IMG/VR virus record: IMGVR_UViG_3300044973_000253
Span: 32,001-96,000 of that record
Origin: a virus
Taxonomy: Duplodnaviria; Caudoviricetes
Length of the DNA stretch: 64,000 bases
Strand: one strand, 5' to 3'
How positions within the stretch are numbered: the stretch's first letter is position 1; the number at the start of each line of letters is the position of its first letter. Positions 20,601-31,793 of this stretch are shown here, piece after piece. Below the pieces are notes generated by a model. The model was given only the letters and a program-made list of their open reading frames with translations. It searched no databases and had not been told where the DNA came from. Position numbers and translations under genes: made by a program.

Positions 20601-23600
20601 ACGGCAAAACAATTTCATTGTTTCTTCCATATACAAAAGGATAAATAGGCATCCATCCTCCGTTCATCTGGAAATAAGTTTCTCCATCATACGTCTTTGA
20701 AGAATCAAAATAAGGATATAAATCATTATGGTCCTCTTTGTTCAGATTATAATCAGAATCGTAAGCGTCTGTGGTTATATTTCCGCTTGCATCCTTATAA
20801 TATGTATATGCCGTTACTGGCAATCCGTAATATTCGGATTCTGATGAATTTTCGCTTGTTATAAGTTTTGTCTGATTATACCATGCGATTTTTCCCATTC
20901 CCAACAAATCAGAATAGGCATCCTGTATTTTGGGAACGATACATGTATATTCCTTTATGTCATAATCATAAAATCCCCAACTTGCTTGCTGCTTTTGTGT
21001 CAATCCATAATACCACTTCTTACTCTTTAATCCAAACAATCCCAATAGATTGCATACAGATTCAACCGTTCCTTTCCCATTGAGCAGATATCTTGAATTA
21101 AGTCGCAGATTTTTCAGAAACGAATAATCTATATTTGCAGATGTATAGGTTTTGGAATCGGAATATGGCTTGATAACGTTATACAATGATATTTCATTAT
21201 GAACATACGCACTCAACTCTTCTATTCTTCCTATCACTCCATCCGTTGTGGCTGAATCTGCAAAGAATGTGGCACTATATGATGTTCCGTCAAGTGTAAC
21301 CTGTCCATTGCACAAATACATTTTTATTCCGTCATAATCAATGTATGGTGTTCTTTCTGTATATTGGGATAATCCGCTTGAAGGAATTTTCTTACAACAT
21401 TTAGTGTAGAAATAACCATCTTCATAATCTTTATTTAATGTTTTGGTATATGGAGTGAATTCATAATCTCCATCATCTGCAAATTCTCGTATTATAGGCA
21501 CCGATGTGGCAGTGACACCTGTCATATCAGATATCGTGAAACAAGATTCTTTTTCATAATATGTACTATCAACATCTTCTGTATAAGAGGATGTTTGTAT
21601 TGATATATCTTTATTTTCAGCAGATACGACATATTTGTCATACGGACCCAATATAGGAATATCCCTGTATGTTGTTGCTGTATAACTGTTTTCTGTAAAC
21701 AGATTTTTCTTCTGTTCTTCTGTCAGTCTGTATACAGGCTGATCCAGAGCAACATCTGCAGAATATTCTGGAATTGACGTTCCATCCCATGTCGTTCCAG
21801 ATATATAAAAATTGAAATTTGAAGGTTTAACAGTCGCAGAATTGATATAGAAATATCCCATATCTATAAGAGTCCTTGTTTTGGCAGTAGACTGTAAATT
21901 AGATAAATGATCTTTATCCAAAATAGGAAGATCGTCTATATGTTCCTTTTCTGCAATTAAATGTATGAAATTTCCTGATATTCCGTTTAAGAATACGACT
22001 TCATTCAATGCTGATTGATTGTCATATTTTAATCTATAAGGGGATCCATAAGCTACTTCACTATAAGTCTTTGATACAAATATATTTCTGGCGGAAACTG
22101 AATACCATGCAGAAGCTATTAACTTATATCTTTTGTATTTAGAATATTTCCACGATGACTCTAATACGTTAGATGTACTAATATTATCACCTTTATATTG
22201 AGATGAAGAAGTCTCTCCATTCTGAGAGTTAACTTCTGTTTCTTTAACATACTTCCATTCTCCTGTTCCTAAATCATATTTATCCATAATAATATTAGGA
22301 TTAGATCCAGTCATCAAATATACATTATTGACATATATTCCATTCTGTGTTAAATAATATCTATTGCGAGAAGTGGTATTTATTAAAGTTCCAAAATCAA
22401 TGTTAGTACCTATCCAACAGTTTGGTCTACCTTGGGAATTGTAATTTAAAGAAGAATCTATATTAACCAATACCTTATTGTCCTGTTGGGAACTATATAT
22501 AACAATTATATCATAAGTTGAACACAATGCGCTAATATTCACATAATCGGTATAAGAAATTTGAACATTTGTTGCATTTTTAGTATATGATGTGATATTA
22601 AATATATTTTTGATTATAGATTCTGTTATATCTGATTTTGACACCGAAGTGGCAGCATCTTTAAACATCCAATAACATAAATTTTTAGGATATTCATTTA
22701 TAATAGAAAAATCAGAGCCTCCAAGTGGAAGAATATAATTATGATTCATTTCGTCATAATCAAAATAAAATCCGCTCCAATATGAATCAGAAAATCCGCT
22801 AATGTACTTCCAAATATTAACATCTCTTGATAATATTAATGTGTTTATATTATCTCCTTCTGTGTTGATTTGATTAGGAACAACATATTCTGAATTTTGC
22901 TGAGAATCAGATATTAAGGTATAACTTATATATAATTTAAAATTAATTGTTTTAAAATTAGACAAATCATAAGTTCCTCCTGATTCCTTATACGCATACA
23001 ATATGTCATTAAGAGTAGAAATATCTTTGACGTACAAAGCATCATTATTAGTCAATCCTGTTCCCGTATATAAAGGAGCACCATCATTATCAAATATATT
23101 ATTATTGCTGTCAATCTTATCCTTACCATACCACGTATCATCCGTGGAATAGTTATAATTTGATTCAGAAGTAGCATTGGCAACACCAGTAAAAGCATAC
23201 GCATAATCAGAACCAAGTTCTATTGTATCATGTTCCACCTTGGTAGCTCCCGTTGAGGAACAAGTCCAAGCCGTATCATAAATTTCAAAATATTTTTCAG
23301 CAGCAAAAGTGTTGTTGGTGGCATCAAAAGATACGATATGTCCGCTATTTGCCTGATCTAATCCAAGATTGTCGTCAAGTCTATCACGTCCAAGAGAAAA
23401 TCTTACATAATGTACCTTGTCCTTATATTCCGTTTTAACACCCTTGTAATATAATGATATGGTATCAATATCAGCATTTCTTGTAACCTGATAGGAATTT
23501 CCATCGCTAAGTCTGTAAAATCCCATATTATAATTATCTATGGTCGGATCTGGATAATATCCTATATATATCAATGTTTTATTATCAGTAGGATCAACAA

Positions 23601-25800
23601 AGTATTCTCCCTTTTCGTCTTTACCCAATGGCAGAGAAGTCCAACCTGTCGTTTGAACATAGTTAGACGTATCTGAAGTTATTGTGGCAACAACAGTTTC
23701 AGAAGTCAACGCAGGCAAAGTGGGAAATATGTGTTTGTCAACACTTCTATCTATTGTAAAACTCAAAGAAGTCCCTGTAGCCTTGGTATCCGAAGATACG
23801 ACATAAGAAGAAGCGTCATATTTCAATTCGTAATTATAATATGGAATATCTTTCTCAAAAGAAACAGGAATGGATGTTTGTGAATCTGAAATAGTGGTTG
23901 AGGAATATAATATACTGTTAGTAGCCATATTAAAATAAGGATAAGTCACAACATTATCCTTGCCTACAAAGTAATTGCTATTGTCTATGCTTATATATTT
24001 TTCTTCCAGAGTAACAGAAGATGTGATTGTATATCCATCGTTTTCCTTTGTAAATGTCTTTCCGTCAATCACAGCCTTTCCGTCCGTTGTAATAACAATA
24101 GTTCCGTTAAAGTTTATATAAGTATGATTTTCACAACAAGGAGTGGCTATATTGTTTTTTTCATCAACATCATAACAAAGATTGCCAAACGTATTCGTAA
24201 ATTCTCCTGTTTTGGAATCTATATTCCTTGCATATTGGACTCCGTTTATTTCTATGAATTCAGAAAGTGTTTTGGTATACGGCAGATAAAGGTCCCATCC
24301 GTCATTTTCAAGAGAATCGGAAATAAAATAATCAGGCATATTTGTTCCCTCTTCCTGATATGATAATGAATTTATGGTTGAAATATTATCTATATAATAT
24401 TTTATTTCATCAAATTCTCTTCCCCACAACCTTATCACCTTGCTGATATCATCCATTGGAGTCTGATAGTCATCATCACTATTAGAAGCATTATAGAAAT
24501 GGGCATAAGTCCAATCCATATTCTTTATAGCCTCGTGTGTCATGCTTCTGTAAATGTTGTCACAATACAGATTGTCATAATCAAGAGCTATATCAGCAAG
24601 ACTTTTAGCATAAGTAAGATAAGCCTGAGACGTGATATCTATATTGTACCCTCCATCACCGATAGGGAACACAAAAGACCGCATTTGTCTGGAGATAATA
24701 TGTGTACGTTCCTCTTTTACTATTTCAAAAACAGATTTATATAAAGGCACCGTGTCTGTTCTAAACAACAGTTTTTCAAACCTGTCAAGGCCATCAATAA
24801 AACTTTCATATTTGGCATAATTTGGTCTTATATGATATTTCAAAAAGTCAGAAGATACCAGCAAAACGATATTGCTATCATTGCTCATAAAAGCATGGAT
24901 TTCCATTGTTTTTCCATCGGATGTCATTAAAACGACCTGCGCACATTCATCTCCTGGATTAAAACACTTTTTTTTCTTTTTCTTTTCACCGTTTATTTCA
25001 ACATAATCAGCATTTTGTGCCCATGCTAAAGAGTCTCCATTATAAATTGCATATTGATTGTCCTTATCATTAAGATAATAATATCTTTGATTGGAAGTCC
25101 ATGCGGATATAGGATGAGTCGCCCCAGTTTCATCTATGATATCATAATTAAGATATTCTCCGTTTGAGAAATATCTTGGTCTGTCATTATCTGATACCTC
25201 ATTATAAACAACATTATTTATAATATTGATATCAAATGGATTGGAAACAACATATTTATATGTAGCATCTCCCAAATCATTATATTCGGCATTATCCAAT
25301 CCTCCCTTTACATAATACTTGTCTATAATTCCCGTCTCAATCATTTTACCAGAAGCATCCAAACCCTGCATGGTTGAAACATACATTTCGGCAGGAAACT
25401 TATTGGATATATCTGACAATGAAGATCTTATCAATTCAGCACATGATCCAAAATAAGAAAAGTCCTTCAATGAATAATAGTTGAATTTGAAATCAATAGT
25501 AGCATCATTGCTGTTTTTATCATCAGGATAATTATCAAGAACCTCACTCGTCCAAACAGAACCGCTATAAGTGTTCTTGCTCCATTTGATAGGAGTAAAA
25601 GAGCGTGAAGTGCTTCGATTATATCTTGTGGTAAGCATAAAGTTTCCATCTCTAAAAATAGGAGTTTGTCCCTTGACATTAGAAAACTCACTAATTCCAT
25701 TAACGGTCAATTGCTCTTTCTCATATATCGTTCCATCCTTGGTTGACTGGTGTCTATTATTAAGAAAAAAACTACTATGACTTTTTATATATTTGCTCAT
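17689..25800 (-). CDS. giant tail/baseplate-associated protein with C-terminal DUF285-like repeats
   Basis: 2703 aa; YLLNGKGTVESV..LLGLFG resembles a tail/baseplate motif; MF..C..L repeats; lies in the structural block. Confidence 0.7.
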   Translation of the reverse strand: MSKYIKSHSSFFLNNRHQSTKDGTIYEKEQLTVNGISEFSNVKGQTPIFRDGNFMLTTRYNRSTSRSFTPIKWSKNTYSGSVWTSEVLDNYPDDKNSNDATIDFKFNYYSLKDFSYFGSCAELIRSSLSDISNKFPAEMYVSTMQGLDASGKMIETGIIDKYYVKGGLDNAEYNDLGDATYKYVVSNPFDINIINNVVYNEVSDNDRPRYFSNGEYLNYDIIDETGATHPISAWTSNQRYYYLNDKDNQYAIYNGDSLAWAQNADYVEINGEKKKKKKCFNPGDECAQVVLMTSDGKTMEIHAFMSNDSNIVLLVSSDFLKYHIRPNYAKYESFIDGLDRFEKLLFRTDTVPLYKSVFEIVKEERTHIISRQMRSFVFPIGDGGYNIDITSQAYLTYAKSLADIALDYDNLYCDNIYRSMTHEAIKNMDWTYAHFYNASNSDDDYQTPMDDISKVIRLWGREFDEIKYYIDNISTINSLSYQEEGTNMPDYFISDSLENDGWDLYLPYTKTLSEFIEINGVQYARNIDSKTGEFTNTFGNLCYDVDEKNNIATPCCENHTYINFNGTIVITTDGKAVIDGKTFTKENDGYTITSSVTLEEKYISIDNSNYFVGKDNVVTYPYFNMATNSILYSSTTISDSQTSIPVSFEKDIPYYNYELKYDASSYVVSSDTKATGTSLSFTIDRSVDKHIFPTLPALTSETVVATITSDTSNYVQTTGWTSLPLGKDEKGEYFVDPTDNKTLIYIGYYPDPTIDNYNMGFYRLSDGNSYQVTRNADIDTISLYYKGVKTEYKDKVHYVRFSLGRDRLDDNLGLDQANSGHIVSFDATNNTFAAEKYFEIYDTAWTCSSTGATKVEHDTIELGSDYAYAFTGVANATSESNYNYSTDDTWYGKDKIDSNNNIFDNDGAPLYTGTGLTNNDALYVKDISTLNDILYAYKESGGTYDLSNFKTINFKLYISYTLISDSQQNSEYVVPNQINTEGDNINTLILSRDVNIWKYISGFSDSYWSGFYFDYDEMNHNYILPLGGSDFSIINEYPKNLCYWMFKDAATSVSKSDITESIIKNIFNITSYTKNATNVQISYTDYVNISALCSTYDIIVIYSSQQDNKVLVNIDSSLNYNSQGRPNCWIGTNIDFGTLINTTSRNRYYLTQNGIYVNNVYLMTGSNPNIIMDKYDLGTGEWKYVKETEVNSQNGETSSSQYKGDNISTSNVLESSWKYSKYKRYKLIASAWYSVSARNIFVSKTYSEVAYGSPYRLKYDNQSALNEVVFLNGISGNFIHLIAEKEHIDDLPILDKDHLSNLQSTAKTRTLIDMGYFYINSATVKPSNFNFYISGTTWDGTSIPEYSADVALDQPVYRLTEEQKKNLFTENSYTATTYRDIPILGPYDKYVVSAENKDISIQTSSYTEDVDSTYYEKESCFTISDMTGVTATSVPIIREFADDGDYEFTPYTKTLNKDYEDGYFYTKCCKKIPSSGLSQYTERTPYIDYDGIKMYLCNGQVTLDGTSYSATFFADSATTDGVIGRIEELSAYVHNEISLYNVIKPYSDSKTYTSANIDYSFLKNLRLNSRYLLNGKGTVESVCNLLGLFGLKSKKWYYGLTQKQQASWGFYDYDIKEYTCIVPKIQDAYSDLLGMGKIAWYNQTKLITSENSSESEYYGLPVTAYTYYKDASGNITTDAYDSDYNLNKEDHNDLYPYFDSSKTYDGETYFQMNGGWMPIYPFVYGRNNEIVLPYEGTDGKMKGLYSETVRNFLAVGFLPDLVNINANTLIDGQIVEVSNLKDSYVILNGIMFDIYTDKWILTINGEKKSYDCSYINLYVQADNTIKVGDVVYSGTTYVSDPMYYCIDNYSKEEAFTREIQLDDYNNGYQIRLFLFKYDYVNGDKVKVPFNINSDSLYDASGNYNCDITLYDSVNDNTFDVFKQDDTVYSHYFLIKDITYSTILGNEGWKHLKNTDPEAIRAARIDNYFKANNPHSDIINGYDGGYEYISRFNQLFKYPINNDLFNFKMYGYNGISPYEIELENSLSKVGFDNLDTDSSVTIDLRDNYNEYVDSKIHFFGDMYKNKPSKPYINAFYDYINGSATTLYGLSDSVDITKEENIWRYGKKKSTDTSVSVYNLYNVPRETLTIRDVAASANSCYVSSADDTDYHTERIINTKVLDISFRTGLNLYTKSYLERYKYIDDVLIKYLQQLVPSTCICRINYGGNSTVVFDTTHIYKKDGDGNLEIVDPDCGHIIVNPDGITVEKLDNTKKQTPKPSIGNVIDIEIMNTVKDSDGLYNKLTGITFNTTPVNISASSNEYNTVVNSDSVYATDRLGNIITGSSNIIIKSNESISFTLDNIGSADCLSFTIDKKGTFNHPTTGGSYSGDAYMESSETSDMYNITDISFVDGSTGNSLYINGVKTSVTGDKYFALTPAADNITSFSGNQENEGDSWNIVSVNHLNTSKIDDMSYSFVNQNNLTTINSSFEHVTSFRATFMFCTALTNITSSCTFIDATDGAEMFSGDTSLVSFPDTITFDKIVNAASMFGGCSKLVHLPANLSGKNITNADSMFVMDNSLIKIPTSFNPDNLYQCGGIFRGCAALISIPLINVSNASSYHDMVSGCTNLEDFKFKGIGNIAQIEKFSYQDFTSCTSVSETMIASMVYTMNNVYDRSSATYDYTFKITTALYNALKASTYYTGTDTQYDTFRSVMNSQNHYKVVAQ

Positions 25801-25806
25801 TTTATA

Positions 25807-26715
25807 TTATTCGTTTAAAACATTCAATGATTGTGTATAATCAACACTTTCCGTTTTCTTTACCTTTGCCTCGTACACTGGTTCTCCAGTATATTTGTTC
25901 TTTATGGAAGTATTCTCCGACTGGTGATAAATTTCATTATCATCATTGAAAGTGGTAACCAAACCCTTATCCCAATCTCTAAGCTGACTGCCCTCCAACA
26001 TGGTGGATATCGTATCCGCATCATGATTTACCATTTCAACATCCAGACATATAGGAGTGAACTTGGTATTCGTTATGATTATCGACTGAGATACATTTCC
26101 TATAAATGGCAGCAAATCAGACTTGAAAGAGGGAGCGATAGATGGAGTAAGAGTAATAAATACCAAATTGGAATTATCGTTATATCTATATCTTACCGCC
26201 TTTTGGTTCGTTCCACCCATATTCTGTATTACAGGCTCACACTTATTGCATGATGTGACTATTCTAAAATAATTGGTTTTATTATTTGCCGAATCAAGAT
26301 ATTCTATTCTATACCCCACCAATTCGTTGTTTGTTTTAAGCAGCTGTCTGGTTGTCGAATCCGTGACCGTATTGGTATCAATAATAATACCTTTTATATC
26401 GGGATAAACCGCAAGAACTCCTATATCTGTTATGACTGTCTTTATTTCCTTTGGCTTGATATAAATGGTATAAAAACCCTTTTTGCCAAATGTATCTGTT
26501 GGCAATTTAAGATTATACATTCCGCTCAACACATTATCTGGATAACCATCCGTATCCTCATGTACCGACTGTATCAATATGTTTGAATCAAGCTTTTTAA
26601 AATCATATTCTGCAGAAGAAGATGCACTGCGTGTCTCTGAATATTTATACCAAATATCCACATCATCACTGCTAACATTAGCAGGTATCACTTGACCATA
26701 AACGCCTTCACTCAT
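25807..26715 (-). CDS. putative structural protein
   Basis: 302-aa ORF within the structural operon. Confidence 0.7.
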   Translation of the reverse strand: MSEGVYGQVIPANVSSDDVDIWYKYSETRSASSSAEYDFKKLDSNILIQSVHEDTDGYPDNVLSGMYNLKLPTDTFGKKGFYTIYIKPKEIKTVITDIGVLAVYPDIKGIIIDTNTVTDSTTRQLLKTNNELVGYRIEYLDSANNKTNYFRIVTSCNKCEPVIQNMGGTNQKAVRYRYNDNSNLVFITLTPSIAPSFKSDLLPFIGNVSQSIIITNTKFTPICLDVEMVNHDADTISTMLEGSQLRDWDKGLVTTFNDDNEIYHQSENTSIKNKYTGEPVYEAKVKKTESVDYTQSLNVLNE

Positions 26716-26745
26716 ATTATTTATGCTTAATTAAAAAATAAAAAT

Positions 26746-29061
26746 TTATTGGGAAATATTAAGATATCCGTTGCCATATTGTTCCAAATCTTCCAAACTT
26801 CTCACTTCTTGCAAGATAAGATTTCTGTCAATTGAATGTTGATTTCCTCTACTTATATAAATATCTGAATTATATTTTTTATGAAAGGAATTTAATATCA
26901 TATCCTCTTTTCTTAGCAAAGGTATTCCAACAAAACCATTGTATGAATTTTCCTTGCTGTTACTCGGTTTTACTACAAAATAAGCCGTTTGCTCATTTGC
27001 TGTCAAACCATTAGATTCTACATTCTGAATATTATCGAATGCCGTATTGTAAAAATACAACATGACACTTGTCCCGTCATTGGTTACAAAAAATACTTCA
27101 TCCCTATGAACATATCCCGTTTCGACATAATCAACACCTACTGGATATTTGTGGTCCTCGTACTTTTCATAATAGTTTATAATCGTATTTGCTGAATTAT
27201 AAGTGTTTTTAATAAGAGTACCTATGGAATAAGAAATACTGAAATATATTTTTCCATCACTAATTACATTTTCAGCAATACAAGATACAAAATTCTTGTC
27301 TGTAACTTCCAATCCATAGTTGTTCTTTATCTCATTCTCGCATTGATGTATGGCAACCAGATTTCCATCAGAATTTCCCTCGAACAAACTTGTATCTCCA
27401 GATACCAACGGAATTTCATTTCCATCCATATCTCTTAGGAAAAATCTGATAGAAGTCAATATATCTCCCCAATAAAGAGTTTCTTTTATATCTCCACTAA
27501 CAGACAAATCTTTTTCCTTTTCAAGTTCATAAACGTTGCCTGCATGATAAAGCAAATCCATTTCCTCTTTTTCTTTTGGTACTGGGAATGAAATGGTACT
27601 GGAAGACAGATAGGCAGACAACGGCAACTGGCCTGGCATTTTGTTTCCAACGGAATCCGTAGTGATAACCTTGTCCATAAGAGTAGAAAGTTTGGAAGTG
27701 GTATATCCAGATACCGTTCCTGTATAACTGATAAATTCAGGTCCAGTCAATCTTTGCATAAACACATTTTTGGTATATGCGCTCTTGATACTTAAATCCA
27801 AAGAGTTAATCCATTGATCTTTTGAATTATCACTATATTCAGAATAATATCCATATCCAGACAATGAATTATGCCACGAATTAGGATCCAGATTACCCCA
27901 TAATTTCTCATGATAATAAGAGGAATAATTAAATCCAGAATTTGAAGCACCACTTAAAACATAAGCATCCTCATCATAAACAGCCATAGTTCCACCACTA
28001 TACAATTCCGAATGATAATTTTCATCAGCAGACCATGTTTCAATCGCAGGACTCATCTCTCCCAAATCCTCTATTTTTCTATGAATGAATATGGGTAATG
28101 ATATATTGCTTGTAATACAGCAAGAAGAAACAGAATCTGGAGCCGACTGAGATTCCAGCCATATATACATATCCTTTCCTCCATGTTCAAAATAATATTT
28201 GCAATCACAACAGTCATCGAAAGATGCGCAATCAGACCATACCATACCGCTATACAAAGGATATCGTGTTTCGTACCATGTCTTAAACATTCTTAATTGT
28301 GGATAATACAGCCATTTAGGTATATTCTCATAAGTCTTTAAAACATGACTTTCTCCCAAATCAACCATATACAATCCTATACAATTTTTCTCCATCCACT
28401 TCATGAACGTATGCCCTCCCCGTGAAACAAGAATATTGTCCTGTTCGACAGCGTCATTTTCAGAAAACAACGGAATGGCACCATTGGCCTTGTCGTGATT
28501 ATAATGCTCCAATGCCGTATCATATACTTTTTCTCCAACTGAATGATTATCAGACAAATAAGCAGAAATATAGTTCAAGTACCATATATGCCATTTGTGT
28601 ATTTCATTATAAGACAAGAACTTACGTTCAAAATCTCCTGATAAATCCTCCTTGTCATAATTACTGTGTTCAAAGATTCCATATCTTGTATGGTCAACAT
28701 TTCCACTTGCATCAAGAACATTTACACTCTTGACATAAAAGCATTTATCATATTTATGTGTTTCGGAAAACAGATATGACTGCTCCTCAATGTACCATTG
28801 GGAATAGTTATCCATGGGATAAAACTCATCGTCATACTTATTGTCGGATACTGGTATGTTTATTTCCGTACAGGTATAGTCTGAAATGGATTCAGAATAA
28901 GCGGATGGTATTTCAACCACAGAAGGTATCATTCCGAAATCCCCGTTAAATCCGTCATAAAAAGTACATATCAATGCGGAATTAGACGGAGGTATATTTG
29001 CAGGAAGTCTGGATAACATACTCTCTGTTCCAACTATTTTATGTATATGTTCTGTTTCCAT
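26746..29061 (-). CDS. putative structural protein
   Basis: 771-aa ORF within the structural operon. Confidence 0.7.
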   Translation of the reverse strand: METEHIHKIVGTESMLSRLPANIPPSNSALICTFYDGFNGDFGMIPSVVEIPSAYSESISDYTCTEINIPVSDNKYDDEFYPMDNYSQWYIEEQSYLFSETHKYDKCFYVKSVNVLDASGNVDHTRYGIFEHSNYDKEDLSGDFERKFLSYNEIHKWHIWYLNYISAYLSDNHSVGEKVYDTALEHYNHDKANGAIPLFSENDAVEQDNILVSRGGHTFMKWMEKNCIGLYMVDLGESHVLKTYENIPKWLYYPQLRMFKTWYETRYPLYSGMVWSDCASFDDCCDCKYYFEHGGKDMYIWLESQSAPDSVSSCCITSNISLPIFIHRKIEDLGEMSPAIETWSADENYHSELYSGGTMAVYDEDAYVLSGASNSGFNYSSYYHEKLWGNLDPNSWHNSLSGYGYYSEYSDNSKDQWINSLDLSIKSAYTKNVFMQRLTGPEFISYTGTVSGYTTSKLSTLMDKVITTDSVGNKMPGQLPLSAYLSSSTISFPVPKEKEEMDLLYHAGNVYELEKEKDLSVSGDIKETLYWGDILTSIRFFLRDMDGNEIPLVSGDTSLFEGNSDGNLVAIHQCENEIKNNYGLEVTDKNFVSCIAENVISDGKIYFSISYSIGTLIKNTYNSANTIINYYEKYEDHKYPVGVDYVETGYVHRDEVFFVTNDGTSVMLYFYNTAFDNIQNVESNGLTANEQTAYFVVKPSNSKENSYNGFVGIPLLRKEDMILNSFHKKYNSDIYISRGNQHSIDRNLILQEVRSLEDLEQYGNGYLNISQ

Positions 29062-29066
29062 TTCTT

Positions 29067-31793
29067 TTATTTTTTAAATTTTGGTTCAAATAAATTTATA
29101 TCTATTTCATCACTAACATTATCCACATTCTGATTTTTGAAATAATAACAATATTTCTTAAATGTATCATCATATACAATAGACAAAGGAATATATCTGT
29201 AATTCATGAAATCAGAAATAGGGAAACCGTCAATATAATGGTAGATATCTGATGCTGTTTCTGCCTGCATATTTGTCTCTACATCGGCAGCGTTAATCTT
29301 TTTTAATGATACCATTGGAATAATCTTTCCTGTACCAGCATGGTTAAAATCGGCTTTCATATAAATGTTTTGAGGATGATATGAAGAAGACAGATTTTTG
29401 AATATGTATATATAAAATCCCTCCGAACTTTTATCCGTTCCATTCTTGTTATCAACGGACAGAACCGAACTCAAACGCTTGGACTCATCAAATACTATTC
29501 CTCCTGTTGATACGTATTCAGAACCTACATTTATGTTATATAGCCATTCAGATTTATCAGGGATATCATATACGGGACTTGCAAAAGACACAAATCCGTT
29601 TTCTCTTGTAGAAGAATCATCTGTGACAAAATTGTTCACATTCTTAATATAATTGGAATATATCTTGTTCTCATCCAAAAATATAGTAGATGTCCACAAT
29701 AACGATTGAGTATTGCTGTCCATACTGTCATAAAATGACAATCTTAAAAACGACTGACTTATTTTCTTTTTCTTATAAAAAACATCATTATCAGAAAAAT
29801 TAAGATAATACAATAAATCAGAATGTCTTGCGATGTCGTTTGCATACTTCTGCCTGTCCGAATTGCTCGTAGATATAGTTTTTTTCTGCGAATCATAAGT
29901 GTATTTGTTAAAATAATAATCAAGACAATTCCATGACGACATGGTTTTCGTAGGAGTATTGTCATTATCCTCTATTACTGTCCAGTTGGTCATATCTCTT
30001 GTCCTGAAGTGCATATTGAAATTTATCTTGTTAACCATGAACAATCGAGAAGGAACCTCTTCTGAATAAACATTGGCTGAAAGAGAAGTGTAATATGTCG
30101 GCATATAAATATCCCGTTCGATATCAACCTCCTCGTTTATGGCATCATCCAGATAAGTGCCTCCTATCAGTTTGTTCCTGAATTCGGAATTCTGATTTGA
30201 ATCCGTTGCAAAAGATATCGGAATATCTATATTCAAATATCTTTTTGATGGAATTAAAATAAGATTATTATATATATCTTCCGAATGCACATTTTCGACT
30301 CCTACTCCTGGAATATAAATGCCCCATATTCCATTCATAAGTTTAAAAGAGACGGAGTTAAAATCATTAATCAAATCATTACACACATTTCTGGCATACC
30401 ACTTATACTTATCATCATCCTCGTCTATATTAATGGCAAAAGGAATGGCTTTTATCCATCCTGCCGTATTGATATCAACTATATCAAGATAAGACCTTAT
30501 ACCTTGTTGTATTTCAATATAATAACCATTATCATAAGATTTATAATCTCCGTTTGAATCCAAAGTCTTTCCTGTTTCATGAATGGCATAATGATTAAAT
30601 CCTTCCAATGTAACCCCGCTATAAGTATTGCCAGATATTTTCTCAACAGCCATATATAAATCATCATTCTTATTTTCAAAGACTTTTCTGTACATTGATA
30701 CATATCCGCTACTGTCTGTAACCACATATCCACTGCTATCCACTTCAGCAGATATTGTTATTGCAGAATAATCCGTCAAATAACCTATCTTATACGAATT
30801 CTGTTCAGAAACAAACGTGACATCAAATTCAGAATCGTTTATCAGTGCGGTTATTCTAAGATCACGTGACAGATATGACTTATTTCCACAATATTCTATA
30901 TACAAACCATTATCATCTGTTTCAACATATTTTTTATCTACAGTCTGATTGCTCGATGTGGCAAAAATCTTATCACCAATAGAGGCATAAGTTAAATCAT
31001 AATTGTTTGACACATAAAGATATACATAATTACCAGAATTACCAGTAACCTCCCTGCTGAAAATCGAGCAATCGCATTCTGTTCCGTTGATGAAAAATGA
31101 ATAATAATTGGCAGATGGTCTTCCGTCATGAACATATACCGTAACAGCCGAACTGGAATCCTTGCTAACGTAATTGGCGTTGGCATAAACGATATTGGAA
31201 TCATAAACAATATATGGAACATCGGAATATTCCGTATAACCTATATCCGAATGAACGATTGAGCATCCGCTATAATGAACCATATAAGTATCATCGCCGA
31301 ATGTAACCATTGGATATGTTTCCGCTCCACAAATTCCTGTAAAAGATATTGTTCTTGCAGAATTGTTGTTTATAACAACCTTTTTGATATTTTCCCATTC
31401 ACTATCATCAAAATCGGAAATAGAAACAATCTCTCCGTCAATGTTCGTATATGCAGATTCATATTTGCTGCCATCATCATTCTTTACATAATACGCAGGA
31501 TAATACATGTCTCCTACTTTGACCTCTCCATTTTCAATCCAATAAGTTGAACCAGAATAATTTATATATCCCATTCTCCTCACCGAATCAACTTTTATTT
31601 TGGAATTAAAATAAGATTCTCCTCCATCAAATGAAACCTCAACCACATCATTGTCAAACAAAGCGTATGATGCAGGACATATTCCGCTAACATAAGATAA
31701 GTCTTCCGCTATTACCACACTTCCACTATCAAGATGAATCTGATTATCCGCATATTGAATATCATTCTGTTGTCTTATTTTTAAATTATACAT
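29067..31793 (-). CDS. putative structural protein
   Basis: 908-aa ORF within the structural operon. Confidence 0.7.
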   Translation of the reverse strand: MYNLKIRQQNDIQYADNQIHLDSGSVVIAEDLSYVSGICPASYALFDNDVVEVSFDGGESYFNSKIKVDSVRRMGYINYSGSTYWIENGEVKVGDMYYPAYYVKNDDGSKYESAYTNIDGEIVSISDFDDSEWENIKKVVINNNSARTISFTGICGAETYPMVTFGDDTYMVHYSGCSIVHSDIGYTEYSDVPYIVYDSNIVYANANYVSKDSSSAVTVYVHDGRPSANYYSFFINGTECDCSIFSREVTGNSGNYVYLYVSNNYDLTYASIGDKIFATSSNQTVDKKYVETDDNGLYIEYCGNKSYLSRDLRITALINDSEFDVTFVSEQNSYKIGYLTDYSAITISAEVDSSGYVVTDSSGYVSMYRKVFENKNDDLYMAVEKISGNTYSGVTLEGFNHYAIHETGKTLDSNGDYKSYDNGYYIEIQQGIRSYLDIVDINTAGWIKAIPFAINIDEDDDKYKWYARNVCNDLINDFNSVSFKLMNGIWGIYIPGVGVENVHSEDIYNNLILIPSKRYLNIDIPISFATDSNQNSEFRNKLIGGTYLDDAINEEVDIERDIYMPTYYTSLSANVYSEEVPSRLFMVNKINFNMHFRTRDMTNWTVIEDNDNTPTKTMSSWNCLDYYFNKYTYDSQKKTISTSNSDRQKYANDIARHSDLLYYLNFSDNDVFYKKKKISQSFLRLSFYDSMDSNTQSLLWTSTIFLDENKIYSNYIKNVNNFVTDDSSTRENGFVSFASPVYDIPDKSEWLYNINVGSEYVSTGGIVFDESKRLSSVLSVDNKNGTDKSSEGFYIYIFKNLSSSYHPQNIYMKADFNHAGTGKIIPMVSLKKINAADVETNMQAETASDIYHYIDGFPISDFMNYRYIPLSIVYDDTFKKYCYYFKNQNVDNVSDEIDINLFEPKFKK